Part shown: piece after piece, positions 53,476-64,000 of the stretch
How positions within the stretch are numbered: the stretch's first letter is position 1
How the letters are laid out: each line of letters opens with the position of its first letter
Source: Amoebidium appalachense
Lineage: Eukaryota > Protista > Ichthyosporea
Length of the DNA: 64,000 bases
Direction of reading: 5' to 3'
NCBI GenBank assembly: GCA_963693365.1
Contig: CAVNZM010000014.1
Span: 6,696,001-6,760,000, forward strand
The notes under the pieces: generated by a model
What the model was told of the DNA's origin: nothing
Database searches by the model: none
Seen by the model: only the letters and a program-made list of their open reading frames with translations
Program-made: the position numbers and the translations under genes

Positions 53476-55815
53476 CACGGCCACACACGCGCGCGGGTGG
53501 ACGCGCATGGAAAAGGTGGAAGAAGGGGGATGGGGGGGGGGGAGGAGGAGGGGGAGGATTGAAGCAGGATTTGAAAAAAAGAGATTGATGTCAATAAACG
53601 AGTGAGCATGTGTGATGGGTGTTCGGGTGGGTGTTGGGCGGGGGGCAGGGGGGGAAGGAGGGGGGGGATGGTGGGGAAGGGTGGTTAAGGGGGCTCCATG
53701 ATGTTTGCTCATTTGATGTTTTTTCTCTGTGTCACTTAGGCACCTGAAAAGCCTCCTCATCCCGCCGCTTTGGCGTAAGCTGTCACGAAGCCACGGCGCC
53801 TGATAAAAACTGACAACACATTTTATTGAAACTAAGCCGACTAGTATCATTGGTCGAGAAAGTAGATGGTGTTGTATCGTTGGTTTTCACCGGCTGCGGG
53901 AGTGTGCTGATTGGGTATGTTGTTTATACCAGACCAACAAAACTAATTTACCTAACTGGAATAAAAAGACTGAAGGGGGTACCCCACAGGCAAAACATGG
54001 AGGGGAAGGTGTGGGCATAGAGGGTCTGCAAGCCCCGTCAAAGCCCCCCCTCCCCCCCCCCCCCCCCCCCCCCCCCGGCCCCAGCTACACACACACTTCC
54101 CCTCGTGTGGGTCCCAAGGTTCCCCTTGCTCTGGCCGGCCGCTTTTCTCTTCTTATTTTCGTGTTAGCGGTTATCTTTGTTCCTTTTTTTGTTTGTTTTC
54201 CACGTTGGGATGGTGGTGGTGGTGGTCATGGTGATAGTGGTGGTGGTGTCTGTTCCCACCATGCAAGCATCGCCATGACCATTGCTCAAATGTTGAATCT
54301 TTATGGCTAACCAATCTACGCGCATCACTTGACAAAAACAGACGGCCATTATTAAATGTATACATGTAGCTCTCCTGCTACTAATATGATATTTGAGCTT
54401 CATTTGGATATCTGGAAGTCGCGTGTCGGACTTTGTTGTGCGGCATTTCAAACACTCTTCAAATGGTCTTAGTAATTATACACCCAGCCATGCATTCCTC
54501 CCCTTGCCCTACTTCCCCGCCCCCCAACCCCCTTCAAAGAAAAGGACGAAAAGCAAAAAAAAAGGTAAAAAAAAAAAGAAGGCCTCTCCACATCAAAGAA
54601 GGAGTAGCGAAAAAGAATAACCCAAAACCAAGCCACCTCTGCTTACAATGCCGATCAAAGAGCCCAGCTGGTGAATGACCATCCTTCTGCCATCCCATGT
54701 TCGCTCACACACGTGACATCCGATACCATTTTGTCAGCTCAACCCAATACTAAAGAGTGCCTGTTATAGGAGAGAGGGACGCCCGGGCAACTTTGTGCGT
54801 TTGATAAATTTATATTATGATAACAATCTTAGGCATCCACATCAGGACTATGCATGTATGGACATTTCAAGCTACCTACTTTCTCATGACATGAACCGAA
54901 CACTGCCACTCCCCGCCCCTCAAAGGGCACGTGGCTAAACCCAACCACCTTACATGAGGTGACAACCAATAGCTGTAGCGCAAATAAACAAAAGGAGTCT
55001 TTTGATTGGCACCAAGGGACATCAAGATTCAGAGTGTACTTTAGTGTGCATGACAATAATCGTTGCTTGATAGTTTTTAAAATCAGTCAAAGTTAACTAC
55101 ATTTGCATGCGAAGATATTTAATTTTAGTTTCGGGTATTTTAAGCTACTAAAAGTCATGCATTGCCGTAACTGCTCTCACCATGGCTTATGTGCCCTCCA
55201 CCAGGATGGCTGGGTTGAAGGCACGAAGGGGCCGGCGTCAAGTCGCAAAAAGTTTCCTTTTGGCTTCGCGTTGGTGTTTCGTGAAAGGAAGAGAGAGCTT
55301 CGGCTAGAATAGCCTTTGGTGAGTGTTGTTTTTTCCTGGAAAGGTTTAAGAAAGGTGTTAAACAGAGGCAAGGCATAGTGGAAGTCCTGCATCGTTGTAG
55401 GGGGCTTTTGGAAATAGGGGATAGTTTTTGGGTGGGTTTGGACACGTGGCAAACTTTCTTCGTGGTGTTCAATGGTCGCCAGTTTTCTGTTTTGTTTTGG
55501 CTTTCATAAATCGAGCAATTTATATAAACATAGTGTCTTTCACAAGTTTTGAATAAGCAGTGGCTGTTTTCGTAGAGGCGGTTTCTGGATAGCTACCCAG
55601 CAAGTCTGTTTGACGGTGAAAGTAGAACACCAGGGTCACTTCGTTTTTACAAGGAGAATTAGAGCTGTTTTCGCAAAGAGTTAGGGCTAACATTTGGTCA
55701 CGCAGTTGTCACAAATAAAGGACGTTGAAAGTCTGATGATTTTTTCCACCCGCAGTGTCAGCTGCAACAGTTGGCACACTCAAACCCACCCTCACCTTCT
55801 CGCTACAAAGAGTAT

Positions 55816-56397
55816 ATGTTGTCTACAGCAAGACTACGCTTCTTTCGTGTAAGTCCCCCACCGTGTTATTCTCTGCAACGTAGTTGCTTAATAGCTGTTG
55901 GTATTTTTGGCTGTTGGTCGCCTAATGTCTTTGAGGGAAAGAATTCGGTTTGTTTCTTTCAGCTCTTGCTGCTAGAATGCCTAGAATCCTGAGTTGAGCT
56001 TGTGTAAGTTTTGTTTTTCCTGCCGTGTGCTGTTTTAGGTGGCTGAAAGCGCTACTTTCTTTGTTTTCGGCTTATCCTCATGACCTTTTGTTTTGTGGGA
56101 CGGAGCCATCTCTAGCTTGTCTTTTCTCCCTCTCTCTTTTCAGTGCAAAGCAATTAAGAGGTTAAGGAGTTTCTTGTGCTTCCTTCCTTGTTTTTTTTTT
56201 GGCTTCAGCCTTGCCTTTTTTTGTGTGCTGACGGACGGCTCCTTTCCACAGCAGGAGAACCACCGGAGAAATAAAGGTTTTCAAGAGCGCTTGCGTTGTA
56301 GTGGCTGAATGACGTTGCCAAACAAACATACACTGGGTCAGTGGCACGAAGGCACTATAGCTATATGTAGGTTTAGGACTGCACACATACCGCGAAA
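55816..56397 (+). promoter_or_regulatory. Putative spliced eIF5 5' leader with uORFs
   Basis: GTAAGT donors at 55849 and 56004, and a TTTCAG acceptor ending 55962. Poor-context uAUG tatATGt at 55816 gives spliced MLSTARLRFFRLLLLECLES* (stop 55992). A second uAUG at 55977 gives MPRILS*. Confidence 0.5.
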
Positions 56398-59300
56398 ATG
56401 GCGACTATGAACATCAATTCGAATGTGACCGACGCGTTTTACCGGTAAGTGCCTTTCCTCCCATCCCTCCTCCCCTCCCTCCTCCCCTCCTCTGACCATG
56501 GCTCTTACGTCACCAAGGATAAATTGGAAAGAAGAATAATAAAAATGGGGTTGGTCGAAAGGCGAAAGTTCTCTAAGCTGCACAAGTGCTCGCTGCATTG
56601 GGACTGCTGTCATGAGCACAGTAGTATTTGCTAATACGTCATCTTCTCCTATTGGGCTTGGGCTGCTTGTCTTGTGTATTTTTTCGTTTTGGTTGTTTTT
56701 CCACCGTAGTTGGAAGGACCAACCTTGGTTGCAATGACTCTGGACGAGGAGTTTCTGAAGGGCTGTTTGTTCTTGCAGGTACAAGATGCCGAAGCTTGTT
56801 GCCAAGGTGGAGGGCAAGGGCAACGGCATCAAGACGGTCATAGTGAACATGGATGACATTGGCAAGGCCCTTAACCGCCCTGCCACTTGTAAGTTCCCTT
56901 GTGTTTTTTTTAAGGATGATGTTGGCGAGGTTGTGGTGATAGAGAGTGCAATAGTAGAAGAGTGAGGGGAATGTGTTAACAACGAAGCTTTGCCTTTGAC
57001 TGTTTTCTGTCTCCTTTCTTTGTGACCTCCTATCCTCATCGTGGTGTTAGCTTGTGTTCTCTCTCGTTCTGGGCACTTCGCTCTGGGTGCTTTAGCTTGG
57101 CTCTAACCCTCTCTCCCCCCGTTTGCATGTGCGTATTTTTCCTTGTACCTTCCAGCTAACGTGGCGCTTTGCAGATCCCACCAAGTTTTTTGGATGCGAA
57201 CTGGGTGCCCAGACTCAGATGGATGAAAAGAACGCGCGATTCATCGTGAACGGTACATGTACATCTATCGTAGTTACTGTCTTTGCATGTTTCTGGAACA
57301 CATGTAGCACATGATTGTGTATACATGTTTTCCATCTCCCCCTCTCTCCCTCTGTTTGTCTGTTGTGTGTGTGTTCGTGTTTGCGTTTACTGTGTCCCTT
57401 ATTTCTATAATTATTGCGTTAAAGACTCATTCGATAATTCTCGATGACGCGCCTTGTTTATCGAGGCTAATATGCAAGCAAAAAACTGTCTACGGTGACT
57501 GATGGCGGCAATGGTGAAATTCATAGCGACGTCATGATATCGTTTCACCGACCTGAAGATGACGTTGCACCATTAATTATACTTAGATTTTATTAATGAT
57601 AATTGACGTGTGCAATGATTGGTTCAGGAGTTCACGGTGTGTACGCGCACTGACAGTGTCCGTGTGTTTGGGTGTAATAACGACTATCAACATGCAAACA
57701 CACAAGTGCGTGTTTGATTGGCATGTGTGTGTACTCGCACAAATATTTGCATACATCACGTTTGCGCGTGCATGTTCATTTTCCATCAGCATACACTGAA
57801 TGTTTCTGCACATGTATGTGTTTGTATGCACCGATATTGCTGTCATTGTATGCACACACTGTACGCAATTCCAAATAATTATATTTTTACGTTTTTTTCT
57901 GTTTACATTTATTCGTTTGTTTGCTCGCTATTTGTATATTTATACATGTATTGATGCTTGTATCTTTATTCTGTAGTTTATCGTTTGTTTACCTATTATT
58001 TGGATATGTACACATATATTGGTACTTAATTCTGCAGTTTATTGGTTTGTTTACTATCATTCATGTATCAATAAATGTATTGATACCTGCATCTTTTAAT
58101 CTGCAGTTTATTCGCCTGTTCACATACTATTCACATATTTATACATATATTGAGACTTCCATCTTTTATTCTTCAGGGGCGCACGATGCCAAGGACCTCC
58201 AAGAGCTTCTAGACAAGTTCATCAAGAAGTACGTGCTGTGCCCTCAGTGCGAGAACCCAGAGACGGACATGCGGGTGAGCAGCCAGGGCATCATCAAGGC
58301 AAAGTGCGTGGCCTGCGGCTGGCGGGGGGAGATGGACAACAACCACCGCCTGGCCACCTTCATCACGAGGAACCCTCCAAACAACGCTCAGTCCATCAGC
58401 CAGGCCGCTGACAAGTATGTTTGCCGTGTGTGCTGTCGTGTACCTTGTGTTCGTTGTGGGTGTTGTGCCTAGTTGGTAGTGTGTTTTGTATTATTCCCCC
58501 CGGTAGCACTCTGCGTTATGTTGTTGGTCGTGATTGGTAGTTCAGAGAGAGAGAGAGAGAGAGGAGGAAAGAAGGGGGGGGGGGGGGGAGGGTGAAGGTT
58601 TGGAGAATGGGGGGAGTATGGGCTTGTGTGCACATCCTTGTTTTCCAATTCGAGTCTAACAAGCAAAACAGGCAACTGTTCTTTGCAGTATCTGACTTCG
58701 TTCTGTAATGTTTGATCTTGCAGGAAGAAGGAGCGCAAGTCGAAGAAAGAGAAGGAGGCGGCTGAGGCAAAGGGCGAAGGCAAGGAGGCAAAGCCCGAAA
58801 AGGAAAAGTGTAGGTGGCCCCTTAATCAATGACTAATTAGCGGTGTAAGGTGTGGTTGTCCCCATTAAGGATTAGTTGATTAAGGAGTACACACAGGGGT
58901 GTAGGTGCTTCCTTAGGGATTAACAAATTTAGGGAAAAATGTAGGTGCCCCTATAAAGATTGGGGCTAGTTGGCTTGGAAAAGTGAAGTTGTGAGCTGTA
59001 TGACGGGTTAAGATTTGTTTGGGCTGCTTGTTTCCTGAAAGCGGCGTTTTCAGCAGTGAATGGGTGGTTGGGCAGACAGTGAGAATGAAAAGAGTTTGTT
59101 GTCGGAATTGAGTGTTTGATACTCAGTCGAAAGAGTCATGGGTGGTGGTTGTGCTAGTGTGCTTTCAGTGCGGTATTTTGTGTTTCTGAAACCTCCTTCC
59201 CCTCCCCCCCCCCCCCCCCCCCCCCTCCCTTCTTGTCAGTGCACTAACACGAAGACAAACCTCCACAGCCAAGAAGTCCAAGAGCGAGAAGGGTGAGAAG

Positions 59301-59540
59301 GGCACCAAGTCAGCCGAGGCCTCCCCACCCCCCTCAAAGGTATTGCCTATCTTGTTTCCCGTTCGTGGCATGTTATGTTCCTCCTGTTGGCCTTTTCCCA
59401 AGTTGGTTGCAACGGTTTCCATGGAGTAGCCCGATATATTGCTGAGCCTGCGCGCTCCTAAGTTGCTCTGGTCTGTGGTGTTTTAGCTTGTAGACGGTGC
59501 AATGTAGTTTTTGTTGGTTGTTTGCACTTCCTAACCCCCC

Positions 59541-59601
<61 letters not shown>

Positions 59602-60472
59602 AAAAAACTTAGGGAGGAATGTGATTTGGGTATTGTGCATACTGTACACGCACCGTTCTGCAGACCAATGTTGTGCATATTCTTGTGTATGTCCACACGA
59701 CATGTGGAAGAGTGTGAACATCACCAGTGTGCATGCACACCTCACACTCGTTATCGAATCATAATCCATGCCTCAAACCCGATGTGTTTTAAGGTGTATT
59801 CTTCCCCTTTTGTCTTTGCCCTTGGCGCTGTGTTTAACGTCATTAAATGCAAACCATTTGCCGCCTTTCAACACATAACCTTGATGCCTTGCAAAACAAA
59901 ACACATAACATCGTGAAACACAAACACAACATGAACACAAACACCCAACACCTTTACACCCAGCACAGAAGGAGAAGCATGCACATTAACGCAAGACCTC
60001 TAAACGTAGGGCTACCTTTCACGTAGGGCTACCTTTCTGTACTGATATGTACTATGTCGAACGTAAACGTGAACACCTTTAAACACCTTAGCACATCTTA
60101 ATCAAGACAGAAGGAGAAGACACCTTTAAATATAAAGGACAACTACTTCCAAACATAAACATTTTAACACAAACACTTAACACCTAAACATGTCTTAACC
60201 AACACAGAAGGAGAAGGAGAAGGAGAAGCGTGCACCCAAGGACGAGGATGAAGATGAGGAAGAAGACGATGATGTGGACTGGAGTCTGGACGTGAGTGAG
60301 GAGGCAGTCAGGGCACGCAGAGAGGCACTGGAGGAGGACCTGGGTGATGCGGTCAAGGGCATGACACTCACGGAGGCCGACTACAGTACGTTTCTGTGTT
60401 TTTGGGGTTGCATAGGTTGTTGGGTGTTGTTGGTGTGTGGGTGGGCGGGGTGGATGGATGGATGGCTTTCCG

Positions 60473-60504
<32 letters not shown>

Positions 60505-61365
60505 GAGAGAGAGAGATAGAGGGAAGGAGGGGGGGGATGCACGTGTTGTACAACTTTATTGGGTTCATGCTCTGGGACCTTTTTTTTTTTTTTTTTTTTT
60601 TTTTTGGACTGTGTTCTTGTTTCGTGCCTACCACTGATGGTGCAAACACAATGCAACACTTGTGCTTGGGCTGGCATGACGATACCCAATTCACGACGGT
60701 CTTAATATGCTCCGGCACGTGATTTCAACGCCCCGAATGGGCACTATCCGACCAACCACATGATAGCATTGGCTTAATACGTAACGTGTGCGCCTGGTTC
60801 TTTAATGATACTTACCATATATGGGGTGCAGTGGACATGAGCGAGAAGGACCGCCTGGAGGCCTTTAAGACGTTCTGCCAGAAGACCCACTCGGACAAGG
60901 AGCTTCTGGACGAGGCCGTACGTGCCCTTAAAGATGCTTACACATATTTTTGTACACACACCCGTTAAAGAACCACACGCTTGCACACACCTTAGCACAC
61001 ACGCAGCCGTAAAGACATTGGCAAGAGCAGTGTGTGTGCACCCTGGCCGATCAGTGGATGTGTAAGGTTTGAAATGCTTTCACTGTTATCTGGAATGTGT
61101 GTGTGTGTGTATGTGTGTTTTCTGTTGTACCTGCTACCATGATGATGATCTAGTCTTTCTCTCTCTCTCTCTTCTCTGCCTCTCATGCCCCCTTGGTGTT
61201 GAGGGAAGGGGCAAGTTTAACGGCGTACACGGCTGGCATGACGATACCCAATTCACGACGGTCTTAATATGCTCCGGCACGTGATTCAAACGCCCCGAAT
61301 GGGCACTATCCGACCACAGACACACCGACACAACCCTCCATGTACGCATACACACTCAACACGCC

Positions 61366-61403
<38 letters not shown>

Positions 61404-61861
61404 CCCTCCTTTTTTTTTTCCTCGTGCTTTTGTCTTACAGTGTTCACCTCGTTTCCAGGTGCGTCTTGGTATCCGGGACAAGGCCATGGCGGTGCTTGCT
61501 GAGCTCAAGTTCAACGAGGGTCTGCTGCAGCAGCTCAAGCAGAACAGGGCCCTGCTCGTCAGGGTACGTGTGTGTGTGTGTGCTTGCCTGTGTGTGTGTG
61601 TGTGTGTGTGTGTGCGAAGAGAGTGTGAGGTGTGTTTATTTGTGATTTGCTGGTCAGGGCACGTGCAGGAGATTTTTCATGTTTTTGGTGATGGAGAGGA
61701 GGGGTCAAATGTGTTGGTGTAGGTTGAAGGATGGGGAGCAATTTGGACTGTGTGTTCTTTGTGTTGGGTTGAGGCAACGGTCTTGCTGGTCCGGGTACGT
61801 TTTGGATGGTTTGGGGTGGTGGTTTTTTTTTGTGGTGGTGGTGGTGGGTGGGGGGGTGGGT

Positions 61862-61897
<36 letters not shown>

Positions 61898-62441
61898 TGC
61901 TCAGGTGTGGGTTGCAACCTATGTTGGGGAAGTGGGTGAGAGGGGTCGTCGGTGGCAACGGAGGGGAGTGTAGGATTCCCAGGTGTGTGTGTGTGTGTGT
62001 GTGTGTGTGCTAACGGTGGCATAAGCGAATTGCTGGCATGACGATACCCAATTCACGACGTTCTTAATATGCTCCGGCACGTGATTCAAACGCCCCGAAT
62101 GGGCACTATCCGACCAAGCAATCCATTCTATCTTCCTGTCTTGCACCCTTACACCCTCTTTGCTAGCCATGGATGTACTTCCTCTCCTCCTCTTCTAAAT
62201 GTTCCACGCACTAACCATATATGGGCATTTCCTTTTTTAGTTTTGCGACAAGGACCCCGAGACGCAGCGTTGCCTGCTGGGTGCCATTGAGCGCCTGACG
62301 TCTGTGCTGTACCCCAGCCTGCTGGCCAAGGTGGCCCACATCATCAAGGCACTCTACGACCTGGACATTGTCGAGGAGGAGGTGTGTGTGTGTGTGTGTG
62401 TGTTTGTGGGCTTTTGAGTGTGTGTGTGTGTGTTTGTGGTT

Positions 62442-62472
<31 letters not shown>

Positions 62473-63812
62473 GATATGAGTGGGTCCTTTTAAATGTGTG
62501 CTTTTGAGTGTATGTGGAGGGGAAGGGGGAAGGGGGGGGGGGGGGGGGGTCGGATCACTCGAATGTGCTGGATTGGTGGCCGCACACATGTGTGAATGTT
62601 ATTGTCATTTGGGTGGTCGGGTGGGGGGGGGGGGGGGGGAGAGGGGGATGGGGGAAGGGGGGGAGGGGGTTACTTAGGCGGTGGGTCTGTCGTCATGCCT
62701 GTCAGCGAGTGTGTGTGTGTGTGTGTGTGTGCGTTCGTGTGCATCCCCTCTCTTCGTGTGCATGAGTGCGCATGTGCCTGACTACTTTGCTCCCTGCAGG
62801 TGCTTGTTGAGTGGGGGGACCAGACCACCTCCAAGTATGTCAGCGGTGAAAACTTCAAGAAGGTCGTGGCCCAGGCAAGGAAGGTCCTCGACTGGCTGAA
62901 GTACGTATACTCCCCAAAGATTGTTGGTTTCTCTCAGTGTTTTGTGTCTGTTGGGGTGGTGTTTTGGTTCCTGGCTACCTGCATGGGGGGTTATGATGTG
63001 TTGATATTAGCGGTGTGTTTGTTTCTGTGCAGTGGGTTTTAGGGGTTTACGACACACACGCTAAGGTGTATAAGGTGGATTTCTTGGCATGACGATACCC
63101 AATTCACGACGGTCTTAATATGCTCCGGCAGGTGATTCAAAGGCCCCGAATGGGCACTATCCGACCAAGCAATGTAATGCAATCGATCAACACCCCCCTA
63201 GCACCTTTTATCCGCGCACGTGCACACTTGCACACATGCACTGACCCTTAGCCAATCACAGGGAGGCCGAGAGTGATGACGATGATGAGGATGACGATCT
63301 TGCCTTCAGCTCGAAGGGTGCTGCTGACATCTCCTCGGCAGCTGCTTCCTCCCGCCTTCCTTGTACGTGCCCCCCCCCCCCCCCAAAAAAAAAAAAAAAA
63401 AAAAAAACTTCCCTCTGATCCTACAGTGCACACACGCACACTCCCTCTCCCTCTCTCACTCACGCGTGCGCTCACGGTGACGCACATATAGGCACATGAT
63501 GCGTGGCTGGTGGGTGATTTTCAAGACAGGGCACCACCAAGTGCAGATGCGGTTTATAGCCACAATGGCATTATATGCACGGGGTGTCAGTCTACTTCAT
63601 GTTTGTGCTCACTGGGATGTTGTTCTTTGTTGGTTCCTGCACTTGCACACGTGGTGTATCTTCTGCACACGCAGACTGATTTTTTAATTTGCACACACCG
63701 ACTATTTTAATTTTTATTATCAGCCGTTCCTTCTGCCGGTGCTGCCAAGGCCGCCCCCGCTGCCGCGGCTGCAGAGGACGATGACGATGACCTGGACATC
63801 GACAACATCTAG
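56398..63812 (+). CDS. EIF5: Eukaryotic translation initiation factor 5, 13 coding exons
   Basis: [40 protein letters not shown]..., [15 protein letters not shown], zinc finger CPQCENPET...CVACG, Lys-rich linker, W2 domain ([29 protein letters not shown]) and tail [10 protein letters not shown]. Exons start at about 56398, 56779, 57175, 58176, 58724, 59269, 60208, 60832, 61459, 62241, 62800, 63262 and 63725, with consistent GT-AG phases. Confidence 0.97.
60672..60754 (+). ncRNA. Box C/D snoRNA candidate, U35/snR73-like, copy 1 (eIF5 intron 7)
   Basis: TGG...CCA terminal stem, C-like ATGACGA, guide TCACGACGGTCT complementary to conserved LSU rRNA AGACCGUCGUGA, C'-like GTGATT, D-like CCGA. Ends about 77 nt before the acceptor. 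Confidence 0.8.
61234..61316 (+). ncRNA. Box C/D snoRNA candidate, U35/snR73-like, copy 2 (intron 8)
   Basis: Near-identical 83-nt unit with unrelated flanks. Confidence 0.8.
62034..62116 (+). ncRNA. Box C/D snoRNA candidate, copy 3 (intron 9), with a G>T change in the guide
   Basis: Same unit; reads TCACGACGTTCT (T at 62061). The terminal stem extends as TGCT-GG/CC-A-AGCA. Confidence 0.75.
63085..63167 (+). ncRNA. Box C/D snoRNA candidate, U35/snR73-like, copy 4 (intron 11)
   Basis: Same unit with two C>G changes outside the guide and boxes; CTTGG/CCAAG terminal stem. Confidence 0.8.
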
Positions 63813-64000
63813 ACGGTGATTGGCTGGGGGTCACGTGCACACCACCCCATTGGTCCACTGCCCTGCCATCTTGATGTGCGACCGTGGTGGCTGGGTTGCT
63901 ATTGGCTGAGGGTCATGTGGTCTTTTGCCTGGTTGTGGCTTGTGCTTGGGACATTGTTCGGGTTTGCCGTTGGTTAGATACCATGCATGTTTACGCTGTG

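Noticed and set aside
52300-55700. Possible small minus-strand exons or a short + ORF (MAYVPSTRM...) between the synthase and eIF5
   Set aside because: Isolated splice-like signals, with no consistent frame or recognisable protein.
57520-57533. TTCATAGCGACGTC matching LSU rRNA inside a GGTGAAA/TTTCACC hairpin in eIF5 intron 3
   Set aside because: Sense orientation relative to the host transcript, so it cannot act as a guide, and a single 14-nt match is plausible by chance.
60672-63167. CRISPR-like array interpretation of the 83-nt repeats
   Set aside because: Eukaryotic context, irregular spacing of 0.5-1 kb filled by eIF5 exons, and no cas genes. snoRNA features explain the repeats.

Overview
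Intron-rich eukaryotic DNA, probably a holozoan (inferred from an animal-like eIF5), full of (CA)n/(GA)n microsatellites and poly-C/poly-G runs whose lengths look like long-read artefacts. Most of the supplied ORF track is repeat noise; the real genes had to be spliced by hand. In order: (1) the 3' part of a Ty1/Copia retrotransposon with a deleted integrase core; (2) a p62/SQSTM1-type autophagy receptor (PB1, charged coil, ZZ, LIR, UBA; no FW domain) with a strongly folded RNA candidate in one intron; (3) three tandem copies of an orphan minus-strand gene, two intact and one broken, with a 720-bp TIR element containing a 458-bp near-perfect palindrome between copies 1 and 2; (4) a pseudogene of a secreted histidine phosphatase; (5) an 18-exon gene fusing an acyl-CoA-binding (ACBP) domain to a complete soluble alpha-oxoamine synthase (SPT/AONS family); (6) eIF5, with a uORF-bearing spliced leader and four near-identical 83-nt box C/D-like RNAs (U35/snR73-type guide, variant UGACGA/CCGA boxes), one each in four introns. 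Best leads: the ACBP-alpha-oxoamine synthase fusion, the intronic snoRNA array, the unexplained folded intronic RNA and the giant hairpin. All calls were made by eye with no database search, and exon coordinates may be off by a few bases.
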